A DNA stretch of 64,000 nt from assembly GCA_905181645.1 (NCBI GenBank), contig CAJIYN010000001.1:535334-599333 (forward strand), given 5' to 3'. The stretch is from an uncultured SAR86 cluster bacterium. GTDB lineage: Bacteria > Pseudomonadota > Gammaproteobacteria > Magnimaribacterales > D2472. The position numbers were made by a program, and so were the translations under genes. The notes under the pieces are model-generated. The model was not told the DNA's origin. It searched no databases and saw only the letters and a list, made by a program, of their open reading frames with translations. Positions 50,042-63,299 of the stretch are shown here, one piece after another (positions within the stretch are counted from its first letter, which is position 1; each line of letters opens with the position of its first letter).

Positions 50042-50044
50042 TAG

Positions 50045-50800
50045 CTATGAATACATTTCTCCAAGATAAACTTCACGAACTTTAGTATTTTTTATTAACT
50101 CATCGGTAGATCCCTCTGCAAGAACCTTGCCCTCACTAAGAATTAACCCTCTACTGCATATTTCAAGAGCAGCACTAACATTATGGTCTGTTATTAATAC
50201 TGCTACACCTTTTCCTTGTGTAAATGTGAAACTAATTCTCTAATTTCACCAAGAGCAATTGGATCTATTCCAGCAAATGGTTCATCCAGTAGAATATAAT
50301 TTTAGGCCTGTCCTGCAAGACACCTTGCAATTTCAACTCTTCTTCTCTCCCCTCCTGAAAGGGCCAGCGATGGCGTTCTGCGCTTGAATACTGCTTAATA
50401 TCAAACTCACTTAACAGCTTGATCCAGATTACTCTGCTATAATCTGCTTCATCAGTCTCGAAGCTATTGGCTCAAGGATAGATTTAATATTATCTTTAAC
50501 AGATAAGATTTTGAAAGATTGAAGCTTCTTGAGGTAAGATATGCCAATTCCAAGTCTTCGACCTTTCATGCATCGGCATATTGGTAATATCTTGATTATT
50601 AATATAAATATGTTCCCGTTTGACGGCTCTAATTAAACCCGCTATCGAGTAGAAAAGTTGTTGTTTTGCCTGCCCCATTTGGACCCAGTAAGCCAACTAT
50701 TTCAGAGTCTTTCATCATCAAAATTTATATCTTTAATATTCATCTCTAGAATTAATTTTTTTAGATAGTTTTTTTAGGATTTCAAAAGCTCTAAAAAATT
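50045..50800 (-). CDS. lptB: LPS export ATP-binding protein LptB, fragmented
   Basis: VGLLGPNGAGKT, LPQEASIF, LSGGERRRVEIAR, LLDEPFAGIDPI, ITDHNV, VREVYLG. Confidence 0.92.
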
Positions 50801-50806
50801 TAAAAT

Positions 50807-51188
50807 TTTACCGTCTTCTTTTTGAGCACTTAATAGAAGAAGATTTAACGTTTATTCCATCATTTTCAAAATAAGCATCACCTGATAACTCAATACTATT
50901 GTCATTAAATAAATAAATATTTTTTGCATGTCATTGTATGAGGTGATAAGGCCAATATTAGCTTTTATTTCACCTTTAATATTTAATATTTTTTTATTAT
51001 TGTTATATATAGCACTAGTTCCAGAAATAACTATATAGTCTTTATCTATAGTAACATCATCATCATTATATATTTCATTCTTATCTTTTGATACCCACCT
51101 AAGTTTATCTTTAGCATCTTGGTCTAGTGTTTCAAATTAGCAAAAATATTTAGAGTAAAGATACATCCAAGAAATATAAATTTTTTCA
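50807..51188 (-). CDS. lptA: LPS transport periplasmic protein LptA-like, fragmented
   Basis: Signal peptide MKKFIFLGCIFTLNIFA; C-terminal IIY....IELSGDAYF...G..V.SS.I; upstream of lptB. Confidence 0.6.
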
Positions 51189-51189
51189 A

Positions 51190-52142
51190 TTATACAATTC
51201 CTGATTGAAGTAAATCGTGCATAGAGATAACTCCAGCAGCATCATTAGAGGTAAAAACCACTAGTGTGAATATTTTATTTTCTTCCATTATCTTGGCTGC
51301 ATCAATTGCAAGATCTCCAGATTTAATTGATTTAAAGTCAGACGTCATTACATCTTTTATGATGGTTTGATTAATATCCAATTTATTGCCAATACATCTT
51401 CTTAGATCTCCATCTGTAAATATCCCAACTATCTTATTGTTTTCTTCAACTAAAGTCATACCAAGACTCTTGTTAGTAATTTCTAATAGGGCATCGCTTA
51501 ATAAGTCCTGAGAGCTAACTTTGGGCATATCCACCCCAGAGTGCATTACATCAGAAACTAATAAAGTAAGAGCTTTACCAAGTTTTCCTGCTGGATGAGA
51601 TTTAGCAAAATCATCTTTAGTAAAACCTTTTGCCTGCAGGAGTGTAACTGCTAATGCATCGCCAAAAGCCATAGCCGCAGTAGTAGAAGAAGTTGGAGCT
51701 AAATCAAGTGTGCAAGCCTCTTCAGAAGTCTTATCCAAGTGAGCATCTGCACTTTTTGCAAGGGTTGAATAGGACTTGCCTGTCATAGCTACCATAGGAA
51801 CTGCGAGGCGTTTGATAAGTGGCAAAATAGTGAGTATTTCTGCTGTTTCACCTGAGTTTGACAGCGTCAAAACAACATCTTGAGAGGTGATCATTCCCAT
51901 ATCACCATGGCTGGCCTCACCAGCATGAACAAAAAAGGCGGGGCTTCCAGTACTGGCTAGGGTAGCAGCAATTTTATTACCGATATGGCCAGATTTCCCC
52001 ATTCCAATTACAATAATACGGCCTGGGCACTTCAGTAAAAGTTGCTAAAGCTATCATTTAACTGATCAGATAATTCTAAAACTACCCTTGATTCAATTTC
52101 AAAGATTTTTTTTGCAGCTTCGATATAATCAAATTTTTTCAT
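51190..52142 (-). CDS. kdsD: Arabinose-5-phosphate isomerase (KpsF/GutQ)
   Basis: GMGKSGHIG.KIAAT.ASTG, EASHGD.G, LAPTSSTT, SHPAG.LG, CBS pair. Confidence 0.95.
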
Positions 52143-52187
52143 AATTTCATATAATTTTTCTTATCTTTCAAATGATATAATAGAGCA

Positions 52188-52749
52188 ATGGTAATATCAT
52201 GCAAAATTATTTTTTATTTATAGCTCTTTCATTTGATTATAGATTTTTAGAGACGTTAAAAGACAGTAAAGCGCAAGAGATGGTTCAAGCTTTAAAAGAA
52301 AATAGCGACCTGTTTTATACAGATAAAGATGCTTTGAAGGCCAAATTAAGAATTGAAACCTCAGATATTAGTAAAGAAAAAATTACAGAATTGCTAAAAA
52401 GAAAGTCTGTAAACGAAAGTACTATTCGCTCATTTATAGAAGTTTTTAATAGCTGTGATATGGCAAGGTACTCTCTCAATGGCAAGATCAGAAAATAGTT
52501 ACAGATTTTCCTGAATCTCTTGAATTTAAAAAGCAATTAAATGTTAAACAAAATCTATTTACTTCTAGCACGTTCTATCCAATTAAATATACTGTTAGAA
52601 GGGATGGCGATGAATGGAAAATAATTAATATCGTTGTTAATGGAGTTAATCTCGGACTAACATTTCGTAATCAATTCAGGGCGCTTGCAGATAGTCATGA
52701 TGGAGATATGAATCAAACAATAGCATCTTGGGTCTCAGATGCCGAATAA
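52188..52749 (+). CDS. mlaC: MlaC/Ttg2D phospholipid-binding protein (internal foreign patch)
   Basis: C-terminus WKIINIVVNGVNLGLTFRNQF...IASW; upstream of bolA-murA. Confidence 0.8.
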
Positions 52750-52970
52750 AACCCGATAAAGAAATAATTAAAGCAACAATTCAAGACGCCTTGCCTGAAG
52801 CAAGTCTGGAATTTATTGGAGATGATTGCAATCTGCAACTCTTGATAATTTCTGATAGTTTTGAGGGAATGCCAATAATTAAAAGACATAGAGTTATCCT
52901 GGATTTATTAAGCGATAATTTTCAGTCAGGTTCTTTGCACGCATTAAGTTTGGATACAAAGGTAGGGTAA
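52746..52970 (+). CDS. BolA/IbaG family protein
   Basis: ISDSFEGM..IKRHR......SGSLHALSL.T; upstream of murA. Confidence 0.88.
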   Translation: MKPDKEIIKATIQDALPEASLEFIGDDCNLQLLIISDSFEGMPIIKRHRVILDLLSDNFQSGSLHALSLDTKVG

Positions 52971-52974
52971 GAAA

Positions 52975-55233
<2,259 letters not shown>

Positions 55234-55241
<8 letters not shown>

Positions 55242-56262
55242 TCACGAAAATATTATTAAAAAACTTAAATCTAAAGATATCACTTTAGATAGATCTCAAG
55301 CTTGATTTTATTGATATTTTTAACAGCAGAAAATTCGAGAGAGAATATTTTTTACTTTATCAAAAAATATCATTAAAGGTTTCTACTTATGGGGTGAAGT
55401 TGGAAGAGGGAAGACCCTTTTACTTAATTCTATTTATGATGAATTAGAATTTAAAAAAGCAAAATTTCATTACATTGATTTTATGCAATCAATTCATAAA
55501 AATTTAAAAGAACTTTCTGGTAAAAAAAATCCATTAGATATAATTGCTGATTCTTTAGTATCTAAATATGAATTAATATTTAGTAAGCCTTTCATCAACA
55601 TATTCACATGGAACCTTTGTTACCTTTCCTAATTTCTTAAAAAAGATATCTACTTTTTCCATGATATCACTATCGGTACCATCCATATTAAGAGGTTTGC
55701 CTACTAAAATTATTTCAGCTATAAATTTAATGGAGAAGCATCTTAATATTCATAAACTTGATGGTGATAAGGATTATAGAATTTCACTAATCTCACAATT
55801 TGAAAAAAATAATGAATCAGGATTATTCGATAAAAAGAAAATACAAGAATTTATTGCATCAACATTTGGTTGTGATGAGTTTAATGATCAAATTGAAATC
55901 AATAAAAGAATTTTTAGTTTAAATGGTTTTAATAATTCATTTTTATGGATTAGCTTTAATAAATTTTTCCACGAACCATCAAGTGCAAAGGATTATATTG
56001 AAATATGCAAAAAATATGACTGGATTCTAATTAATGAATTTAGCTTATGCGATGATGATAATGCAGATAGAGTAAGAAGATTTATAAGCTTTATCGATGT
56101 TGCTTACAAAGAAAATACAAAGGTCAAATTCTTTGATGAAGGCATTGATCCAAAAGATTTATTTAAATCTTTACCAAATATTTGGTTCTCTGGGAGAGAT
56201 CACAAAGCAGAATCAATGAAATGAAAAGTAAAAAATATTTACTAAATTCAGGGAAAAATTAA
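55234..56262 (+). CDS. zapE: AFG1/ZapE-family ATPase, fragmented with foreign patch
   Basis: GFYLWGEVGRGKT, FHY..FM...H, DY..I, RRFISFIDV.Y; upstream of rplM. Confidence 0.88.
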
Positions 56263-56280
56263 TTTAAATATATTAAAATA

Positions 56281-56309
56281 TTGCTAATTATTTCCGTAAA
56301 CATTAATAT
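56281..56309 (+). promoter_or_regulatory. Sigma-70 promoter of rplM-rpsI
   Basis: TTGCTA-17 nt-TAATAT. Confidence 0.5.
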
Positions 56310-56332
56310 TGCCGTCTTATAACTTGGGTCAC

Positions 56333-56767
56333 ATGAAAACATTTGCATTAAAAAAGGAAGAAGTACAAAGAGAATGGTTTGTTATTGACGTAACAGACAA
56401 AGTTCTTGGAAGAGTTGCAACAAAGATTGCAGATAGAATTCGTGGTAAAGATAAGCCAACATTTACACCTCATACTGATGGTGGCGATTATGTTGTTGTG
56501 ATCAATGCAGACAAAATCAAAGTAACAGGTAATAAGCTAGAAGATAAAAAATATTATACCCATTCTTTATATCCTGGCGGATTAAAAACAAGAACTTTTA
56601 GAGAACTTAACGAAACAAGACCAGAAAAGATTATTGAAGAGGCAGTTAAAGGCATGCTTCCAAAAAATAAATTAGGAAAACAGATGTTCAAAAAATTAAA
56701 AGTTTTTAGTGGGTCAGAGCACGAACACGAATCACAACAGCCTCAGGTTTGGGAACCAAAAATATGA
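56333..56767 (+). CDS. rplM: 50S ribosomal protein L13
   Basis: LGRVA......[23 protein letters not shown]. Confidence 0.98.
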   Translation: MKTFALKKEEVQREWFVIDVTDKVLGRVATKIADRIRGKDKPTFTPHTDGGDYVVVINADKIKVTGNKLEDKKYYTHSLYPGGLKTRTFRELNETRPEKIIEEAVKGMLPKNKLGKQMFKKLKVFSGSEHEHESQQPQVWEPKI

Positions 56768-57154
56768 AATCAGAAATGCATTATGCAACTGGAAGAAGAA
56801 AAACTTCTTCTGCAAGAGTATATTTAACAAAAGGAAAGGGCGATATCACAGTAAATGATCGCGCACTCGACGTCTACTTTGGAAGAACAAACTGCTATAA
56901 CTGTTAAAGAACTATTTAAATAACTGAGTCTAGTAGAAAAATTTGACATCAAAGTAATGGTTAAAGGTGGTGGTAGTTTTGGACAGGCTGGAGCAATTAG
57001 ACATGGTATTTCAAGAGCTTTAATTTCTTATGATGAAGAATTAAGACCTCAACTTAAATCTGCTGGACTTTTAACTAGAGATCCTAGAAAAGTTGAAAGA
57101 AAGAAACCAGGTTTAGTAAAAGCAAGGAAAAGCAAACAGTTTTCAAAACGTTAA
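56764..57154 (+). CDS. rpsI: 30S ribosomal protein S9, frameshifted
   Basis: [24 protein letters not shown], ends QFSKR. Confidence 0.97.
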
Positions 57155-57186
57155 TAATTTTTCAAAAGTTATTCACTTTTTAACTT

Positions 57187-57771
57187 TAGGAGAAGACAAT
57201 AAACTCACGAAGAAAAGTATTGATTGGTCTTACCTCAGCATTTGGTGCTGCAGGTGTTCCTTTCGCTGCTACACCATTTATTGCATCATGGAACCCTAGC
57301 GCAAAAGCTAAAGCAGCTGGCGCACCAGTCAAAGTTGATGTAACTAAAATTGATCCTGGTCAACAAATAACAGTAGGCTGGAGAAAACAACCCGTCTTTG
57401 TTATTAGACATTCTCAAGAAGCCATAAACAACTTAGAATCTAATATTGCTAAATTAGCTGACCCTAATTCCGAGGCAATAGAAGAGCCATATAGAAATAT
57501 GAATCCTACTAGATCTAAAAGTCCAGAATATACTGTTTTAGTTGGTGTCTGTACCCACTTAGGATGTTCACCAAAATTTTTTCCTGAAGTTGAACCTAAA
57601 TCTTGGGATGCTTCATGGACTGGCGGATATTTCTGCCCATGTCATGGGTCAATGTTTGATTTGGTTGGTAGAGTTTTTAAGGGAGTTCCAGCTCCTACAA
57701 ACCTTAAAGTTCCGCCTCATAATTTTAAAGGAAATATACTTACCATTGGTGAAGATGAGGAGATGTCTTAA
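57187..57771 (+). CDS. petA: Ubiquinol-cytochrome c reductase Rieske subunit
   Basis: Tat RR motif, CTHLGC and CPCHGS. Confidence 0.96.
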
Positions 57772-58987
57772 TGTCAGACAATATAACAAAAGTATTTAAT
57801 TGGGTTAATCATAGGCTGCCGATTCAAAATACCTATGAAAGACATTTATCAAAACACCCGGTTCCATCTAAAGTTAACTTTTGGTATCTTTTTGGAGCAC
57901 TAGCATCTGTAGTGCTAATAATCCAAATAATATCTGGAATTTGGTTAATAAAGCTATGTACCGACTGGCGAGGGCGCTTTCGCCTCCGTTGAATATATTA
58001 TGCGAGATGTTGATTATGGCTGGGTCGTAAGATATATGCATACAACAGGCGCATCAATGTTTTTTGTCGTTGTATATCTTCATATGTTTAGAGGATTGCT
58101 ATACGGCTCATATCAAAAGCCTAAAGAGCTTGTTTGGATTTTTGGTTGCACTATTTATCTTGCCATGATGGCTGAAAGGTTTTCTAGGATATGTTTTACC
58201 ATACGGTCAAATGTCATATTGGGGAGCTCAAGTCATAATTTCTCTATTTGGCGCATTGCCATATATCGGAGAATCTTTAGAATTATGGATACGTGGTGAT
58301 TATTATATTTCTGGCATAACTGTTAATAGATTCTTTGCTCTTCATGTAGTTGCACTTCCCTTAGTTTTAATTGCTCTTGTATTTCTTCACTTAATTGCAC
58401 TTCATGAAGTGGGCGCTGGTAATCCAGAAGGTGTTGATATTGAGGCTCATACTGACGAAGATGGAGTTCCTTTAGATAGTGTTCCTTTTTTCCCATATAA
58501 AGTTCTTAATGCTCTTGTTGGAATTGGTGTCTTCATGACCGTTTTTGCAATTATTATGTTTTTCTTCCCAGAAGGAGGAGGGTATTTCATTGAAATGGCT
58601 AACTTTGAAAAAGCCAATCCTTTGGTTACCCCAGATCATATTGCCCCTGTTTGGTACTATTCTCCTTACTATTCTATTTTAAGAGCCGTTCCAGACAAAC
58701 TTGGAGGCTTTGCTGCTATGGGAGCTGCAGTGGCAATATTCTTTGTCGTGCCATGGCTAGATAGAAGTAAGGTTGCATCTATTAGATATAAAGGAATTCT
58801 TAGTAAGATCGCTTTAGTCTTATTTGGGATAAGCTTTCTAACTTTAGGTTACCTTGGAACAGTAAGTGTTACAGAGCATCGAAAAACTATGGGAATAATT
58901 TGCACTTTTATTTATTTCAGCTATTTTTTATTAATGCCAGTCTATACAAGTATAGAAAAAACAAAACCAGTCCCAGATAGATTATGA
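57771..58987 (+). CDS. petB: Cytochrome b, fragmented
   Basis: NFWY.FG, MRDV.YGW..RYMH..GAS, MSYWGA.VI, RFFALH, PVWY Qo motif. Confidence 0.96.
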
Positions 58988-59774
58988 ATATTAAAAATAT
59001 GTTTTTATCTACCACTATGATTACTTTATTTTTAACCGATTTATTAAAAATAATTCTCGCTAAAAAGTTAAAAAGCAACCTTACCCCTCGTTTTATTATA
59101 AAGACAAAAAAGTGGGTAAGTATATTAATAATTGCTTTTGGAGTTTTGTTGTTAATTCAAGGTGTATTTCCCGAGAATATTCAAGATGGAATAGAGAACA
59201 TTCCAGAAACGTTTGAAAAATAAAAAAGCTATTTGACAAATCTATTAAACCTGGTGATCTTATGACAGGCTCAATGTCCAAAGATTCATCGGTAGAATGG
59301 TTTGGAGTTGCGCCACCTGACTTAACTCTTGTTAGCAGAGTCAGGGGTGATGACTGGGTTTATACGTATTTAAGAACATTCTATGAAGATTCTTCAAAGC
59401 AATATGGAGTAAATAATTTAGTTTATCCAGGAGCCGCAATGCCTAACGTGCTGGCAGCACTTCAAGGTAATCAACAACTAACTTGCAAACAAGTTCCAAT
59501 TATTGCTAATAATGGTGGTGAGAAAAGAGACAATTCTGGCAATCCAGTAACTAAAGAAAAGTGTGGGTTTTTGAATGTAGAAGAAGGAACAGGATCTCTA
59601 AATCAAGAGGAGTTTGATGAGCTCATATATGATTTAACAAATTTCTTAACTTATGTTGGCGATCCAGATAAAGTTGAGCGTGAAAGAATAGGCTGGTATG
59701 TGGTATTCTTCTTCATTATTTTTACAACTCTTTCATCTCTTTTATACAGAGAATACCAAAAAGACTATCATTAG
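58984..59774 (+). CDS. petC: Cytochrome c1 (N-terminal haem-binding part replaced by foreign sequence)
   Basis: WFG..PPDLTL..R.RG.DW.Y.YL..FY, MPNVL, DLTNFL.Y...P, C-terminal TM. Confidence 0.9.
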
Positions 59775-59786
59775 GAAAAATACAAT

Positions 59787-60399
59787 ATGATTTTATATTC
59801 AGACAGAGACGACCATTACAGCCAAAGAGTAAGAATAGTTCTTGCTGAAAAAGATATAACTTGCGAAATCAGAGAATCCTCTTTAGAGGAAACATCTGAA
59901 GAAATTCTATCAATCAACCCATATCACAAACTTCCTATATTAGTTGATAGAGAACTTTGGTCTTTACGACACTGGCGTCATGCTTGAGTATCTTGATGAA
60001 AGATTTCCTCATCCACCATTACTTCCTGTATACCCAGTTTCTAGAGCTAATAGCAGATCGTTAATGCTAAGGATTGATAGAGAGTGGTGCCCAATGGTTG
60101 ACACTTTAATAGAGGGAAACCTTCCTGAAAAAGAGTTAATTAAACTCAGGGAAGAACTTCTTCATGAAATATCATCAATTGCACCAACGTTCAAAGAATT
60201 CAAATTTTTTATGAGTGATGAATTTACTTTAGTGGATTGTTGTTTTGCACCTATATTATGGCGTCTTCCATCTATTGGAATTAATCTTCCTGTAAATAGA
60301 CATCTAAAACCTTTACTCGATTATCAAAAAAGAATTTTTGAAAGACCTGGATTTCTTGACAGCTTATCTCCATTAGAAAGAGATCTTAGGGAAGAGTAA
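59787..60399 (+). CDS. sspA: Stringent starvation protein A, frameshifted
   Basis: S.RVRIVLAEK, NPY...P.LVDR, EYLDERFPHPPLLPVYPV.RA. Confidence 0.95.
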
Positions 60400-61575
60400 A
60401 AATACCCTCAGAATTTATTCTCTTAAGAGGCAGTTTTCTTGAAATACATTTGCCTTCCCTTAAATATAAAATTCCACTTCTTCCATTTACAACGGCTTCT
60501 TTAATTCCACTTTGTGACAGGTAAGAAGTTATTATTAAGTCGAAGAGATTATCATAAATAAGCCTATCTTCTATCGTGCTATTTTTTTCAAATTGATTTA
60601 AGGAAACATCATCCTTAAATTGATTTTGGGTGGGTATAATCAGATATTCAAAATCTGCAGTATTACTAATATTACTAATATTAATAAAAATTTTTTGAAG
60701 CATAAGAATTAATACCAATTGAGTAGTTATATCTAAAAGCTGGAACAAGCCCTTGTTGAAAAACATAAGTCATTAAAAAATAAATATTTTTAATATCCTG
60801 ACGAACTCTAGGTGTGCTGTTAATTTTAATGTTTGGTAATAGAGCATTAATTTTTTTATATCTACCCAAACTCTCCGAAACACCCAAAGCATTTGATGCG
60901 AATATATCAAACTGCTCATCGCTATACAAAGCAGATCTTACATTAGTATATTTATTTTTTAATTTATATTGTCGGCCACTAAAAATGTCTTCATAAATAA
61001 TAAGAGTATCTTTTGCTTGCAAGAGATCATTAGAAAAAATAACTTTCTCTACTGAATTTAATTGATCATTTTGAAAGGAATTACAAAATCCAGGAAGGCT
61101 TTTATTTAAAACATTTAAGCTAATATCAATTTTTGAAATTTCTTCATCAAAAATTATATTAATTCTCTTATCTATATTGGTAGCTGCTTGTATTAGATAA
61201 TTTTTATATCTCTCATCTACATTGATGCTAAGTCTTATAGACTTAACTTCTTGAAGCTTTCTTTATCATCTATACCATTTCGTCTGAAAGATCCTTATTT
61301 ACAATCATAGATGTCACAATTCCCAAAGATGGAACATCTTTATCTAATGATTTATATGCACTAGCTGGAATGTTTCCATAAATATAACCAGGGTTATTCT
61401 GCATTACTATCATTTATAAAAAAGAGGTCTTTAGCAGACAGAACTCATGTGAAAATCATTTTGATTTTTGATCTTCATTTAATTTAAAACCATTATTTGA
61501 GGATGTAGCGCAACTATTTAGTAGCATTATTGCTAAAATAAAAGAGAATTTTGTATGCAGTGAGTTTTTTTTCAA
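60386..61575 (-). CDS. Putative LpoA/LppC-like lipoprotein, divergent and fragmented
   Basis: Lipobox ILAIMLLNSC, PRVRQDI, G.SG.L near the C-terminus; divergent from rsmI as lpoA normally is. Confidence 0.6.
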
Positions 61576-61585
61576 AAGAGAGTTT

Positions 61586-62381
61586 ATGTTAAATTTTATA
61601 TGTAGTCCTATTGGTAATTTAAATGATATCTCTATGAGGTCAATAAGTCTCCTAGAGGTAGCAGATTTTATTTATGCTGAAGATACTAGAAACACAAATA
61701 AATTAGCCTATAGCATGAAAATTAATAAAAAATCTAAATCGTTTCATGAACATAACGAAATAAAAATTACTCCAGCGATTATTGAACAACTTAATGCTGG
61801 TTTTGAAATAGCTATAATTTCTGATGCTGGAGCTCCATGCATTTCTGATCCTGGATATTTCTTATCTCAAGAATGTATAAAAAATAATATAGAATGTTTT
61901 TCCCTTAAAAATAGCAAGGTTATTAAGGCTATAAAAGCATCTTCTGAATTTGCATTTGCATTTGAGGGTTTTATACCAAGAAAATCAAAACAAAAAACAG
62001 ACTTTTTTCATTCATTAAAGCATGAAAAAAATACTATGATATTTTTTGAATCAGCTAAAAGATTGGAAAATACTTTTGCTGAATATTTATCCTTAAATAG
62101 AAAAGTCATTTTATGTAGAGAAATGACAAAAAAATATGAAGAAACTATCAGAGCACTATAAAAATCTTCAGGATAAAATTAAAAATAATGAGGAAAACTT
62201 AAAGGTGAATTTGTAATTGTTCTAGAAGGAGCTACAAATATTAATATTAGATACATCTGATAGTAATAAAATTAAAGAATTATATTTAGAGCATTTACCT
62301 GCCAAAGATGCAGCTAAATTAATTTCAGCTTTATCAAATCAAAGTAAAAGAGAAGTTTATAAGTGGCTGATAGATAAATAA
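61586..62381 (+). CDS. rsmI: 16S rRNA C1402 2'-O-methyltransferase
   Basis: PIGNLNDIS.R, AEDTR, SDAG.P.ISDPG, FEGF.P, REMTK.YE. Confidence 0.94.
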
Positions 62382-62399
62382 ATGACTATAATCTCAGCC

Positions 62400-62729
62400 G
62401 AGTTGGTCAGATGATCGCTAAAATTTATTTTAGAGGAAAGTCCGGACTTCATAGAGCAGGGCGCCAGGTAACTCCTGGGAGGCGTAAGCCTACGGATAGT
62501 GCAGCAGAAAATATACCGCCAATTTTATTGGTAAGGGTGAAAAGGTGCGGTAAGAGCGCACCGCTTAAATGGTAACATTTGAGGCATTGTAAACCCCAGC
62601 CCGAAGCAAGACCAAATAGAAATCCTTAGGCTGCTCGTTTAGGATTTGGGTAGGTTGCTAGAGCATTGTGGTGACACATTGCCAAGATAGATGATCATCT
62701 TTTACAGAATCCGGCTTACAGACCAACTC
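62400..62729 (+). ncRNA. rnpB: RNase P RNA, bacterial type A (compact, ~330 nt)
   Basis: P1 GAGTTGGTC/GACCAACTC, GAGGAAAGTCCGG, GGGTGAAAAGGTGCGGTAAGAGCGCACC, ACAGAATCCGGCTTA; TATAAT at 62387-62392. Confidence 0.97.
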
Positions 62730-62750
62730 ATTTTTTTAAATATATTAAAA

Positions 62751-62790
62751 AAAGTGTGTGAAAGTGTGTAAAAAATGTTATAAAGTGTGT
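62751..62790 (+). promoter_or_regulatory. MraZ operator repeats
   Basis: AAAGTGTGT at 62751, 62761 and 62782 plus a degenerate copy at 62772; ~10-bp period; immediately upstream of mraZ. Confidence 0.8.
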
Positions 62791-62817
62791 TAATTAATTA
62801 AATAGTTAACAACTTTT

Positions 62818-63286
62818 ATGTTTGGATACAATACGATATCTATAGATCAAAAGAACAGGTTCTCAATACCTGCTAAATATCGTGCTGATTTCTTAGAAAC
62901 TAACGAATCAGAAGTTATAGTCACTAAAGATCCTCAATATCCCTCTTTAAAATTATACAAAGGTTCTGAGTGGCAGATAATTTCAACTAAACTTCAATCA
63001 TTACAGGGATTAGATCCGATTGTAAGGAATTTACAATGGACTATATTAGGTAATGCAAGTGTTACAGATTTTGATCCAAGTGGCAGAATGCTAATTCTTC
63101 TTCCCGAAGACCTCAGAAATTACTCATAATCCTCTAATGATAATAAATTTTTATTTGTTAACTCTTTCATTTTATAATCTCCTTATTGTAATCCGTAATT
63201 GGAATTTACGACAAACCGGAGGAACTTTAGCTACAGAAATTTTAGATGTTGTTCTTCCTACAAGCATAAAAGAAATGTCTTTTTAA
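62818..63286 (+). CDS. mraZ: Division/cell wall cluster regulator MraZ (internal foreign patch)
   Basis: MFG.....IDQKNR.SIPAKYR, D..GR...P..LR; C-terminus NWNLRQ...LPTSIKEMSF* ends at 63286. Confidence 0.9.
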
Positions 63287-63299
63287 AAAGGGGATAGGT

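Noticed and set aside
62751-62790. Mini-CRISPR, iteron or origin repeats
   Set aside because: 9-bp units at ~10-bp period without spacers, directly before mraZ; these fit MraZ operator boxes.
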